From: Eledone cirrhosa
Lineage: Eukaryota
DNA: 64,000 nt
Direction of reading: 5' to 3'
Assembly: GCA_964016885.1 (NCBI GenBank)
Contig: OZ024740.1
Location: forward strand, 323,206,001 to 323,270,000
A model generated the notes under the pieces. The model did no database searches, was not told the origin of the DNA, and saw only the letters and a list, made by a program, of their open reading frames with translations. Both the position numbers and the translations under genes were made by a program. Each line of letters starts with the position of its first letter. Positions within the stretch are counted from its first letter, which is position 1. Of the stretch, positions 27,535 to 41,412 are shown one piece after another.

Positions 27535-28015
27535 CATACACATATATATATATATAAATACATATATATACATGTATGTATGTATATATGTATTTATATA
27601 TATACGGAGAGAGACAGATTGAGAGAGATGGATGAATCAGTAAGCATTTAATCCAATTCCATTCAAATGTATGAGACAGATTGGAAGTAATGCTATATCG
27701 ACTTTAAGAGACAAAAGACAACAACAGCAATAACAACAACCACAACAACAATAACAATGACAATAACAACAACAGACTTTATAATTTTCTTCGTTTGCAG
27801 AATAATAAATATTCTTTACTCTCCTTTCTTGTTTTCTTTCTTGTGTCCTTTCTTTCTTAATAATATTGTTTTCTTTCTTGTGTCCTTTCTTTCTTAATAA
27901 TATTGTATAATCTTCATTTTGTAAAATAAAATATAAAATATTCTTCCTAATCTGTTATGATATTTTCCCGATGACATATTGATCACGAGAAAATATCGAT
28001 CTGCAGAAGTATAGA

Positions 28016-28053
<38 letters not shown>

Positions 28054-28275
28054 ACCACAAGCTCAGTGCGTTTTTCTCGAATAATCTGTTTAAGCAGGTT
28101 CTTTCAAGGGTTAGTCTAGATTTCAAATCTGAGCTTGTAATCTGCACTTTTGAATGTTTGTATCTTTGTAGGTATGTAAGTATGTATGTATATACATACA
28201 TATATCTATATACACGCAAATACATATATATATATATATATATACATACATACACACACTCACACCCCACACACA

Positions 28276-28322
<47 letters not shown>

Positions 28323-28519
28323 GGTATAGAAAATATATATATATATATATATAGTATTTCAGAAGAAAAGGTAAAGGAAAAAAGAGAGCTCTATGTATAA
28401 AACAGAGCTATTTAATTAGAAAGTAAACAACACAGTATCTAACTAATCCATTACCAAAGGTTTCAGGACCCTAGACAATATTAATATACGTCTAGTTCGC
28501 TAGAGGGTTATACATAGCC

Positions 28520-28580
28520 ACTCTATCTGATGAGCGAACTAGGCGTATGTCTAGTGTCCTGAAACCTTTGGTAATGGAGT
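28520..28580 (+). ncRNA. Type I hammerhead ribozyme motif (GUA site)
   Basis: actctat-CTGATGA-(stem II containing actaggc/gtctagt)-GAAA-cc ttt gg-TA-atggagt. Lies in a fold-back insert spanning 28418-28606. Confidence 0.75.
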
Positions 28581-28601
28581 AGTTATATATTGTGTTGTTC
28601 A

Positions 28602-28686
<85 letters not shown>

Positions 28687-28823
28687 AGAGTTAAACAAGA
28701 TCCAATGAATACAACAAAGAATGAGTTTTACAATATATTGGAAGCACACTACCGAAATATTTTCCAGAGTTATTAATATTAATTCCAAATATTAACAAAA
28801 TAGGTATTCTTGTGATCAATTAT

Positions 28824-28888
28824 ATTTTATTATACATATTTCAGAAGTACTGAATTAAGTTCAACAGTACGTCCTCATCAGATAAAAT
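28824..28888 (-). ncRNA. Type I hammerhead ribozyme motif (AUA site)
   Basis: Minus strand attttat-CTGATGA-ggacgtactg..cagtacttct-GAAA-tatgta-TA-ataaaat. Confidence 0.7.
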
Positions 28889-29214
28889 AAAATGATACAT
28901 GACATACCCTGACATGGTAGATGGTTAAGATTTAATCAAGGTAGTTAATATATATATATATATACATATATACAATGTATCCCAATCTATCGCAAGTGCG
29001 GAGCTTTTTCTAGTTCCATAGGCGATAAACGACTGGGAGTATATGACATGCCCCTGGACAGGACGCCAGTGCATGGTATTGCTGGTGCTTATTTTCAATT
29101 GAATTGATCAGAGTAACGTGAAATGAAGTATCTTTCACGATAACAAACACTTGCATGTACCCCACTCCACAAATATACATATATTATATATGTATGTATA
29201 TATATATACATAAC

Positions 29215-29269
<55 letters not shown>

Positions 29270-29389
29270 GAAAATATGAAAGGCAAACATGAGCTTAGCA
29301 GCATTTGAATAATAGGGGGTAGAATAACAAGGGATAGAAATTTGTGTAAAGGATTAATAATACAAATAATAATTGCTCATATAGACACA

Positions 29390-29660
29390 GTTTGACACAA
29401 GATAATAGTTTAAATGTCTGCTTCGCAATCATTAGGCTTCGGGTTCGATCCCACCACTTAAACCTTTGAGTAAAATTGTGTAAACGGTAACTCTTTAGAA
29501 GGCCGCCAGATGGCCTGTAACTGTAATTCAAAATGCCAGCTTAAATCTCCGTGAGAAATACGTTAAGAGTACACAGGTCTGTTGAATGCTTAGTCATTTA
29601 CACATTAATTCAAAGTAGAACATACATCGTCAACACCAACGGAAAGCCATTTCACATAGA
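29390..29660 (+). mobile_element. Old second-family tRNA-derived SINE
   Basis: TTCGCAATCATTAGG..GGGTTCGATCCCAC head shared with 63450-63780. Confidence 0.55.
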
Positions 29661-30377
29661 CAGCGCCCCTCCCTAAAACCACATATTTTGGAGGGGTATG
29701 AACAGTTGATCTCATGTGGTTTAATGCATGTTGAAATAAATGTTAAGTTAAAGTTTCTCTCGTGTCTAGCAACTCAAAAGCCTTGAGATTATTCTAGTTT
29801 CATGATCAGATTTCTAATGATATATACTGTATATCAAGTAATTAATTAAGAATTTGAAGAGATTTACTAAAATTATTAATCATTTCTTTAAGGCGGTATT
29901 TCTAACATAGCTTGAAAATTTCTCGTATCAAATTATCTTAGAAGATTTTAGCTTAAATAGGACTAATCCTTCAAAATGGATGGTTTTCTTTTATAACAAC
30001 AGGGACGGTTTGGAGCATGTTGTTTGTTATCAAGACAGACAAGCAACTGAGAATACCAGACTCCTCCATATTGTGGGTTGAGCTCTTCTCTTAACTCTGC
30101 CACTGGTAATCTCCTTTTCATCTGAATGGACTGGATTAACGTGAAACAAAGGACCTTACTCAAGGTCATAATGGATCTGCCGCTGTGGAAATCAAACCTG
30201 CGATCGTTATCTCAACACCGCTATTGATCTTTGACAGAATGATAGGTTGTCGACCTCGGCTATATTTGAACTTATACGTAAAGAGGACTAACTATGGTGG
30301 TGGTGGTGGTGGTGGTGTTACTTGTGACAATAGAGATTATCAATCCACCTAAATAATAATAACTTTCAAATAATAAT

Positions 30378-30515
30378 AATTGTTTCTACTTTTGGCACAA
30401 GGCCAGCAATTATCTCAGTACATTACTGGTACTTTATTTTATCGACCCCGTAAGGATGGAAGGCAAAGTTAACCTCGGTGGGATTTGAACCAGGCCCGTA
30501 AAGAGGCGTAACAAT
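30378..30515 (-). mobile_element. 5'-truncated SINE
   Basis: Meta-type core and tail. Confidence 0.8.
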
Positions 30516-30810
30516 TATTACTGCACTGACTGTTGTTGGAGCTAGTTGCAATGGTCACGTGGTACAAATGAGACCTCATTACTGTTTCTGTTGTTGATGG
30601 TGTTAGAGGTAATAGTCACGTGGTGCAAAGGGAGATGTCAGTATTGCAGTGGCTGTTGATGATGCACGTTGTACTGGTCACGTGGTGCAAAAACAAATGT
30701 GATTACTGCAGTTGTTGCTGTTAGTGTTAGATGCAATGGTCACGTGGGGCAAAGGGAGATGTCATTGCTGCAGCTGCTGCTGTTGCGACAAATTGTAATA
30801 GTCACGTGTT
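30515..30810. repeat. Degenerate ~62-bp tandem repeat with five GTCACGTG E-boxes
   Basis: GTCACGTG at 30554, 30615, 30677, 30739 and 30801. Confidence 0.8.
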
Positions 30811-33330
30811 AGACTTGATCAGCGGCACTTATGTTACTAAACCTGATCAGCGGCACTTATGTAGCTAGACCTGATCAGCGGCACTTATGTAGCTAGACCT
30901 GATCAGCGGCACTTATGTAGCTAGACCTGATCAGCGGCACTGATGTAGCTAGACCTGATCAGCGGCACTTATGTAGCTAGACCTGATCAGCGGCACTGAT
31001 GTAGCTAGACCTGATCAGCGGCACTTATGTAGCTAGACCTGATCAGCGGCACTTATGTAGCTAGACCTGATCAGCGGCACTGATGTAGCTAGACCTGATC
31101 AGCGGCACTGATGTAGCTAGACCTGATCAGCGGCACTTATGTAGCTAGACCTGATCAGCGGCACTTATGTAGCTAGACCTGATCAGCGGCACTGATGTAG
31201 CTAGACCTGATCAGCGGCACTGATGTAGCTAGATCTGATCAGCGGCACTGATGTAGCTAGACCTGATCAGCGGCACTGATGTAACTAGACCTGATCAGCG
31301 GCACTGATGTAGCTAGACCTGATCAGCGGCACTTATGTAGCTAGACCTGATCAGCGGCACTGATGTAGCTAGACCTGATCAGCGGCACTTATGTAGCTAG
31401 ACCTGATCAGCGGCACTTATGTAGCTAGACCTGATCAGCGGCACTTATGTAGCTAGACCTGATCAGCGGCACTGATGTAGCTAGACCTGATCAGCGGCAC
31501 TGATGTAACTAGACCTGATCAGCGGCACTGATGTAGCTAGACCTGATCAGCGGCACTTATGTAGCTAGACCTGATCAGCTGCACTGATGTAGCTAGACCT
31601 GATCAGCGGCACTTATGTAGCTAGACCTGATCAGCGGCACTTATGTAGCTAGACCTGATCAGCGGCACTGATGTAGCTAGACCTGATCAGCGGCACTGAT
31701 GTAACTAGACCTGATCAGCGGCACTGATGTAGCTAGACCTGATCAGCGGCACTTATGTAGCTAGACCTGATCAGCGGCACTTATGTAGCTAGACCTGATC
31801 AGCGGCACTGATGTAGCTAGATCTGATCAGCGGCACTGATGTAGCTAGACCTGATCAGCGGCACTGATGTAGCTAGACCTGATCAGCGGCACTGATGTAG
31901 CTAGACCTGATCAGCGGCACTGATGTAGCTAGACCTGATCAGCGGCATTTATTTGGCTAGACCTGATCAGCGGCACTGATGTAGCTAGACCTGATCAGCG
32001 GCACTGATGTAGCTAGATCTGATCAGCGGCACTGATGTAGCTAGACCTGATCAGCGGCATTTATTTGGCTAGACCTGATCAGCGGCACTGATGTAGCTAG
32101 ACCTGATTAGCGGCACTTATGTAGCTAGACCTGATCAGCGGCACTTATGTAGCTAGACCTGATCAGCGGCACTTATGTAACTAAACCTGATCAGCGGCAT
32201 TTATTTGGCTAGACCTGATCAGCGGCACTGATGTAACTAGACCTGATCAGTGGCACTTATGTAGCTAGACCTGATCAGCGGCACTGATGTAGCTAGACCT
32301 GATCAGCGGCACTTATGTAACCAGAACTGATCGGCGGCACTTATGTAGCTAGAACTGATCAGCGGCACTTATGTTACTGGACCTGATCGGCGGCACTTAT
32401 ATACTAGACCTGATCAGCGGCACTTATATTACTGGAACTGATCAGCGGCACTTATGTTACTAGAACTGATCAGAGGCACTTATGTAACTAGAACTGATCG
32501 GCGGCACTTATGTTACTAGGACTGATCAGCGGCACTTATATTACTAGACCTGATCAGCGGCACTTATATTACTAGAACTGATCAGCGGCACTTATATTAC
32601 TAGAACTGATCAGCGGCACTTATGTAACTAGAACTGATCGGCGGCACTTATGTTACTAGGACTGATCAGCGGCACTTATGTTACTAGACCTGATCAGCGG
32701 CACTTATGTAACTAGAACTGATCGGTGGCACTTATATAACTAGAACTGATCAGCGGCACTTATATTACTAGAACTGATCAACTGCACTTATGTTACTAGG
32801 TCTGATCAGCGGCACTTATGTAACTAGAACTGATCGGCGGCACTTATATTACTAGAACTGATCAGCAGCACTTATATTACTAGAACTGATCAGCGGCACT
32901 TATGTTACTAGGACTGATCAGCGGCACTTATGTAACTAGAACTGATCGGCGGCACTTATATTACTAGACCTGATCAGCGGCACTTATATTACTAGACCTG
33001 ATCGGTGGCACTTATGTAACTAGAACTGATAGGCAGCACTTATATTACTAGACCTGATCAGCGGCACTTTGTAACTAGAACTGATCAGCAGCACTTATAT
33101 TACTAGACCTGATCAGCGGCACTTATATTACTAGACATGATCAGCGGCACTTTGTAACTAGAACTGATCACCGGCACTTATATTACTAGAACTGATCAGC
33201 GGAAGTTATATTACTAGAACTGATAGGCAGCACTTATATTACTAGACCTGATCAGCGGCACTTATGTAACTAGAACTGATCAGCGGCACTTATGTTACTA
33301 GAACTGATCAGCGACACTTGTGTTATGTGA
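30811..33330. repeat. 28-bp minisatellite, about 90 copies
   Basis: Unit AGACCTGATCAGCGGCACTTATGTAGCT; degenerate tail extends to ~33480. Confidence 0.97.
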
Positions 33331-33952
33331 CCTGATTAGCCGCACGTAAGTTATCAGAACTGATCGGTGTGGCTTGTATTCCAATCGATTAGCGGTACTC
33401 GTGTTAGAGCCGTATGGTGGTACTTGTATTATAAAAGCACTTTGGCAGCACTTGTGTTAGTAGAGCTCATTGACGGCACTTCAGTTAAATTTGATTGGTT
33501 ATAGAAATAGGAGATACAGAAGATAATAAACCGGAAACAATAGATAGTAGTGTTAATAGTAGTAAGAAGAAGGGAGTGGGAGAGTCAGCTATATATGTCT
33601 TTGCGGTTTGTTGACGATGGAGTTGATGGTAAGATAAGATGACAATGGTGGCAGTATGACGGCAGGGTCGGCGAGTGGCAGGGTGGGATTTCTAGCGAAT
33701 GTGGGGGTTGTTATTTGAATGAGAAAACATGATTAAGGATACTGTTCAATAACTCAATCAATTCCAATAATTTTGTGTCAAGTAGAACGGTGTGAGGTGG
33801 TGGTCGTGGAGGGAGAGGTTAGGTTAGCAGCCGATGTTGTTTGCTTATTGATTTCAACAGTCTTCTCATAGATTCTTCATCTGACTCATCTCATTCTCTT
33901 TCATTTCGCCTTCCATTCATTCATTCTTTCCTTCTGCCTTTCTTTCTTAATT

Positions 33953-34035
<83 letters not shown>

Positions 34036-34179
34036 ATGTATTTCGATCACCATGTTATTAGAGCCCGCTCCCCCTCTCCCTTTCTCTGGACAGTTCATTC
34101 TAATTATTCTATCCAGTTCACTGAAGTCACTAGTGATAGTGAGGTGCATAAGCAGCATGTCTCTGTGGACAGTTAGAAA

Positions 34180-34308
<129 letters not shown>

Positions 34309-34377
34309 TTACATACACATATATATATATACTGTATATATATATATATATATATACACACGCACACACACCTTTGT

Positions 34378-34590
<213 letters not shown>

Positions 34591-34601
34591 ATTATACAAT
34601 C

Positions 34602-34673
<72 letters not shown>

Positions 34674-34869
34674 ATACTTTGGGAGGGTCATGCTGCCAAT
34701 AAACACACGCACCTGTTGGTTTCACTTCAATTTATTATAAATTTCCGGTTGGCTGGTTGGTTCGATAACCGGATAGTTGTTTATATATTCTCAAAGATCT
34801 TTCGTCACACGCTCTGTTTCAACACACGTTTTCAGATAAGAAATCTTACAAAACAAATTCAAAAAGGAA

Positions 34870-34906
<37 letters not shown>

Positions 34907-35303
34907 CAAAATAAATGGAGGAGAAGGCAACACATTCAAAAACAGAATTTACTCCTTACGCAGTGTTTCATCTATTCGATATCAATATAACAGTTCAATA
35001 CATATATGTGTTTACATATGCATATATATTGCTTCAGCAATTGGCATCTAATATATTGTATCATAATTCTCTCTCTTCCACTCTTATGATGTATTTCTCT
35101 TCTTTTAACCTGATTAGTTCTTTCTTTGTTTTGGTATTGTATGGTTGGGTTTTGCCTACCGCAATTTTCAATTTGTCAAGCTATTTAAACGTATGTTATT
35201 ACTCTAAGGACCTACTCTTATTGAGTGCTTTGCTACTCATTCCTTATTGTAGGTCGACTTTGCTTGGCCACAGCCAAAGCTTCAATTTCACTGAGCTTCC
35301 ACT

Positions 35304-35345
<42 letters not shown>

Positions 35346-35460
35346 AAATATATATATATATCCAAAATTATGTTAAATTGAGGGTGTCATGTCAGATAGA
35401 CATGCGCCATATCACCTGTAAAATATGCTTCAAGATTCCAATGAATAGATCCGAGCATTT

Positions 35461-35749
35461 TATATCAACTAGAAATTGATTGACATATAAATATATCTAA
35501 AATAAACATATGAAACAATCACAGGGGATAATTTGTAAAAGTGTGTAAGCACACATAGCTATGTAGGTAACTAAATAAAGTTTAACTAGAACTTCAAAAA
35601 TAGATACCTTTTACACCTTTTGAAGTTCTAGTTAAACTTTATTTAGTTACCTACATAGCTATGTGTGCTTACACACTTTTACAAATTATCCCCTGTGATT
35701 GTTTCATATGTTTATTTTAGATATATTTATATGTCAATCAATTTCTAGT

Positions 35750-35756
<7 letters not shown>
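35461..35756. repeat. Apparently perfect 139-bp inverted repeat with 18-nt spacer
   Basis: Arms 35461-35599 / 35618-35756, within a TA-flanked insert. Confidence 0.9.
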
Positions 35757-35796
<40 letters not shown>

Positions 35797-35825
35797 CAGT
35801 ATAGACATACTTCTGTGTAGACATA

Positions 35826-36567
35826 TAATTGTTTCTACTTTTGGCACAAGGCCAGCAATTACCCAGTACATTACTGGTACTTTATTTTATCGACCCCGTA
35901 AGGATGAAAGGCAAATTGAAATCGGCGTAGACATATAATGTTGGCTAAAATATATTTACATATATTCTACAGTACAGCATAATATAGCAATGATGAATGT
36001 ATACAGACGTTGTTTACATATATCTATACATACAATGTTGGATAACATTCTATAGATATATTCTGTAGATCAGTACAGTACTGACATATAGCATTGTTAG
36101 CATAGCAATGATTTATTAATTTGGTGTTGTTTCCCTTGCAATATCTGCCAATTTGAAATGTGTAATGAATGCGTTTCAATGCAATAATTGTTTCTACTTT
36201 TGGCACAAGGCCAGCAATTACTCAGTACATTACTGGTACCTTATTTTATTGACCCCGTAAGGATGAAAGGCAAAGTTAACCTCGGCAGGATTTGATCTCA
36301 GACCGTAAAGAGACGTAACTATGCCGGAAAGCATGGTGTCCGACTCTCTACCGCTACTGCCAATTCACCGCCTCTTGATAATAATAATTGTTTCTACTTT
36401 TGGCACAAGGCCAACAAAACCCCAGTGTATTACTGGTATTTTATTTTATCGACCCCGTAAGTATGAAAGCAAAGTTAACCTCGGCGGGATTTGAACTCAG
36501 AATGGCAAGGTCCGTAACTCTACGCGTCAAAGCATGGCGTCCGACCCGCTACCGATACTGCCAATCC
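35826..36567 (-). mobile_element. Three SINE copies (35826-35927, 36184-36372, 36385-36567)
   Basis: Family consensus; first copy has TSD GTAGACATATAAT. Confidence 0.85.
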
Positions 36568-36580
36568 GATAACTATAAAT

Positions 36581-36732
36581 CAGTCATGGACAAAATGCGG
36601 CCCGCGAGCCCCATGTGGTCCGTTTGGCTTTGTGAGTGGCAGGTCTAATTACAAAATTGCTTTAAATTATTTAGTAGTGCAGCCCGCATTATGTTGAGCA
36701 ACCTACTACACGAGAAAGCTTGCCTATGTCTA
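36581..36732. mobile_element. hAT (Charlie-like) MITE
   Basis: Ends CAGTCATGGACAA / TTGCCTATGTCTA, GCGGCCC subterminal motifs, exact 8-bp TSD CTATAAAT. Confidence 0.8.
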
Positions 36733-37018
36733 CTATAAATGAGAGTTGACAAATTAGGTAAAATACCTTTGGAGACAGAAAAATGTGGACAGAAGCGCCT
36801 CTGTATGCCTTAGGATGCTTTACTCGATTTTCTCTACTATTTATAGAGATTGTTTATTATTATGTTTAGTTGTGCTGGTATGCCCCCATTTAGAATTTCG
36901 AAGTTTCCCCAATGCTTTTTATGTCAAATATTTTGTTTACCAGTCAATATGTTTTACTTGTGTGCCTGTCTTGCTCTATGCTTTGATATGTGAATGTCTA
37001 TATAAGGGAGAGAATTAT

Positions 37019-37057
<39 letters not shown>

Positions 37058-37247
37058 CGCGAGCCCGTGTGTGCCTGTACGAAGGAGATTATGTATGTAC
37101 ACTTGTGTTTGTATTTATGTTTGTGTATGTGTGTTCTTGATTGTTTAACTAATTCATTTTCACATTCTCGCACGTGATTTTTCAAGCTCTCTCCATCTCT
37201 TTCCCTCTTTCGCCTCTCCCTCTCTATCTCTTTCTCTCTCTCTCTCA

Positions 37248-37302
<55 letters not shown>

Positions 37303-37407
37303 ACGGTCTATCTCTCTCTCTCGACGAAGGTGTTGTATTCATTTGCTATTTTCCTCATCACACTTATTAACCTTCTGTCGTCAGCCTTCGCTCACTCCCT
37401 CTCTCAC

Positions 37408-37442
<35 letters not shown>

Positions 37443-37949
37443 CTCTCTCTCTCTCTCTCTCTCTGCCTCCCACTCTCAATCACTCTCTCTATTTCTCCAT
37501 ATTATCTCCACACTAGCGGCTGATTTCCTTAGCCAAACTTTTATTTATTCAATCTAATTTTCCTTCTCTGAGCTCTTCTGTTTATTTATTTTTTAACATC
37601 TTTTTTAAAAAACAATTTTTATCTTCTTTTCTCTCTTTCTATATAAATCCTTAATCGTCACTATGGTAACCACATAGGAAATAAATCAAAAACACTTGTT
37701 TCCAACAAAAGCACAACTCAAGAAATTTCGAAAGAAAAAGAACAAATGAGTGTAAATAATAAAGTTTAAAGTTTAAATGGAATCCTATTAAGAGATTAAA
37801 GTTATATACGTGATAAGAGTACTGGAGAGGACACTTTATGTCATGATCGCTTTACTATTTTAAGTGGGAGAGATATTAGGTTGGTGTTGTTTGTAGAGAA
37901 ACATCGCATCCAATGAACTTTGCTGAGCATTTAGACCAGAATAATTATC

Positions 37950-38540
37950 CATTTCTAATTATAGGCACAAGGCCAGAAAATTCTGGGAAAGGGAAAATTG
38001 ATAAAAAAAAAAAAAAATCAACCCGAATACTTGAATATTACTTTATTTTATCGATCCCCGAATGATGAAATACAAAAATGTCTTTGGTAGGAATTAAACA
38101 ACTTAGAATGTACGGCAATGGTAATTTATTTACCGCTCAACCATTCCTGCCAAATCCACCACCTTTAGATGAAAATAATTATTAAGAACAATCTGCAGTA
38201 ATATTGTTTTTAATTTAGACACAAACCCACCAGTTGTTTAGAGAAGGGGAAAATTGATTATATCGATCCCAGAACTTGATCCATACTTTATTTTATCAAC
38301 TCCGAAATGAGAAAAACTAACCGCAACAGGATTTGAACTGGGAACGTAAAAAACCAACTCAGATACTGCGAGAGATCGATTGGATTATAATTTTACATCA
38401 TATATTTTCATTAGCAATCAATTATTCTGCTTTTAACTGACCAGTTAAACTGTATTTCAAACTGTATTTAAATAAAATAAAGTACCAGTAATGTACTGGG
38501 TATTTGCTGGCCTTGTGCCAAAAAGTAGAAACAATTATTA
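37950..38540. mobile_element. Cluster of old or partial SINE copies
   Basis: Two diverged minus copies (37950-38160, 38203-38375) and a plus-strand tail (38473-38540). Confidence 0.65.
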
Positions 38541-38916
38541 TTAAGTACTTTATTTGTAGAAATTCAAGATCATGCGACCTCATTGTCCCTGCAGAGAGAA
38601 TAGAGTAAGTGTTACCCCGGAGGATAAAAAGGGAGACTCGTTGAAATAAGCATTCCAACTCTTGGGTCTTATTCCTGTTGGTGGCTAAATCCGTCTCGTT
38701 AGCGAGTAGGTGGGGGGGGGGGGGTTCGGAGCCAAGAACACCAGAGGTCTTCACTGCTACAAATTCTACTACAAACCTAACGGAAAGAGGCCGATACTTC
38801 AACAACTTGCAACCTTCAGCTTGTTGGGCAACGAACCTGGGTCTGTCGCTGAATGCATCAAGTTGTCCCAGATAAGGGGCTTACCAACGTGGAACGGCAA
38901 TATGATATTGCCACCA

Positions 38917-39104
38917 AGGGCGGTGGATTGGCAGTATCGGTAGAGAGTCGGACGCCATGCTTTCCAGCATAGTTACGTCCCTTTACGATCTGAGTTCAAA
39001 TCCCGCCGAGGTTGACTTTGCCTTTCATCCTTGCGGGGTCGATAAAATAAAGTACCAGTAATGCACTGGATATTTGCTGGCCTGGTGCCTAAAGTAGAAA
39101 CAAA
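38917..39104 (+). mobile_element. Full-length young SINE
   Basis: 17-bp TSD AATATGATATTGCCACC. Confidence 0.92.
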
Positions 39105-39408
39105 TATGATATTGCCACCTGGTTTTTTGCTATACCCTCGATCAAACCCGGAAACACAAAGTAGTGTCATATTCTTTAGCCCAATACTCTTTTGCTATTT
39201 TTGTGTATGTGTGTATGTGACAATTCAAAAGGAGAGAGAAATGAACTCTTAAATCGGAGGTCTTTCCCGAATGCTTGAAATGAACTGCGCTAAATTAACC
39301 CAAGACCCAAGTGGTGGCGTTGAATCGCACAACTGATTAAGTCTACCACCCACATATAATCTGTCACCCGATGACACGGAGCCTACAAAGTATAGATGAA
39401 TAAATATT

Positions 39409-39594
39409 TGTTTCTACTTTAGGCACAAGGCCAGCAAATACCCAGTTCATTACTGGTACTTTATTTTATCGACCCCGTAAGGATGAAAGGCAAAGTCAAC
39501 CTCGGCGGGATTTGAACTCAGATCGTAAAGGGACGTAACTATGCTGGAAAGCATGGCGTCCGACCCTCTACCGATACTGCCAATCCACCGCCTT
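39409..39594 (-). mobile_element. Full-length young SINE
   Basis: 15-bp TSD AGATGAATAAATATT. Confidence 0.92.
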
Positions 39595-39661
39595 ACAGAT
39601 GAATAAATATTGAAAAGAAAAAATATTCAATGATATTTATATATATATATATTTTAATGCA

Positions 39662-39876
39662 TTAACTCCTAACATGCTGCAAGGGTTTAGCAGAAAATAT
39701 TTAAAAACCGATTTAGTAATTCAAATGTTAATAGTAACTTTACCAGTGAACATATTATTATGAAAATTTGTAGACTTTAATTTTTATCTGATACAGTCAT
39801 AGTGCAGTACTATTTTGAACTTTCTAAGAATGTTTTACTCATACAGTTTCATGCTGTATTGGACGTTAAGAGTTAA
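39662..39876. mobile_element. Possible TTAA-flanked MITE
   Basis: TTAACTCCTAAC ... GTTAAGAGTTAA short imperfect inverted ends only. Confidence 0.3.
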
Positions 39877-40109
39877 TGACGCGAATAAAGTGAAACAGTT
39901 TAAGATATTTACTCAGATAAATTCTTGCTTCAGACATTCTTAATTTTTTTTTTTTTGCTTCACTTCCAGACGGTTGTTAAAGATATATGAATGCATTGTT
40001 GAACTGAAGTATATGATAATGAAAGTATATAAAAAAAAACAGGAGTAAACTAATAAACAGTAAGAGAAGAAGTGGGGTTTATTTTGAAAGGTGAATTCAT
40101 CTTCAGCTG

Positions 40110-40369
40110 ATGTTGCTGATGATGATGATGGTATTACTACTACTACTACTGCTGCTACTGCTGCTACTACTGCTGCTCTGCTACTACTACTATTATTACT
40201 GCTGCTACTGCTACTACTACTACTGCTGCTACCACTACTACTACTGCTGCTGCTACTACTACTACTACTACTACTACTACTGCTCTTGCTGCTGCTACTA
40301 CTGCTGCTGATGCTACTACTGCTGCTGCTACTACTACTATTACTGCTGCTACTGCTACTACTACTGCTG

Positions 40370-40437
<68 letters not shown>

Positions 40438-40498
40438 GCTGCTCGTGCTACTACTATTGCTGCTACTACTACTACTACTACTACTACTGCTGCTGCTA

Positions 40499-40576
<78 letters not shown>

Positions 40577-41173
40577 TTATGGTTGCTATTATTATTGTTG
40601 TTGCAGCTTCTACTTACACTACTGTTGCCGTTGTTGTTGCTGCTACTGCTGTTGCTGCTGCTGGTGCTGTTGTTGTTGTTGCCGCTGTTGTTGTTGCTGC
40701 TGTTATTGTTATATCGTAAACTTGCCTTTCATTGCATTTAAAATACCTGATTTCTTCTAACACCATTATACTTTTATGACTTCTTTTATGGAGAGTGCAT
40801 AACACATCATCATCAGTAATGGCTGAAAAGTAAACTCTAGTCTATATATATTTAACATTATATTGTGTGCTCGACCTAGCAGAATGTTCTGGAATTAGGA
40901 ATAAAGTTAGATTTGATGTGGAAGTTATTGCTATTTGCAATCGTTATTGCCGCTACATAAAAGAACGGGTTGTTATGAGAGATTTATTTTTCTTGTATAT
41001 CCATGTCAAAAAAAACCCCTGCGCATCTTAGTGCATTCTCGTGTGCATTTATTACATATTACAGCATCTTGCCCATTATGCAGATGCACTTCCGGTTTGG
41101 ATTCGCCTAATCTCCTCCACATTTTCATACGTTTGTTTTGCATTCTTCTTGTTGTTAATGTTGTTATTGTTGC

Positions 41174-41225
<52 letters not shown>

Positions 41226-41380
41226 CTTCTTCTTCTTCTTCTTCTTCTTCTTCTTCTTCTTCTTCTTCTTCTTCTTTTTTTCTTCTTCTTCTTCTTCTTC
41301 TTCCTTCTTCTTCTTCATCGTCTTCTTTTTTTCTTCTTCTTCTTCTTCTTCTTCTTCTTCTTCTTCTTCTTCTTCTTCTT

Positions 41381-41412
<32 letters not shown>

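Noticed and set aside
30515-33330. CRISPR-like appearance of regularly spaced repeats
   Set aside because: The 28-bp units are contiguous without spacers, the 62-bp units have homologous spacers, there are no cas genes, and the context is eukaryotic.
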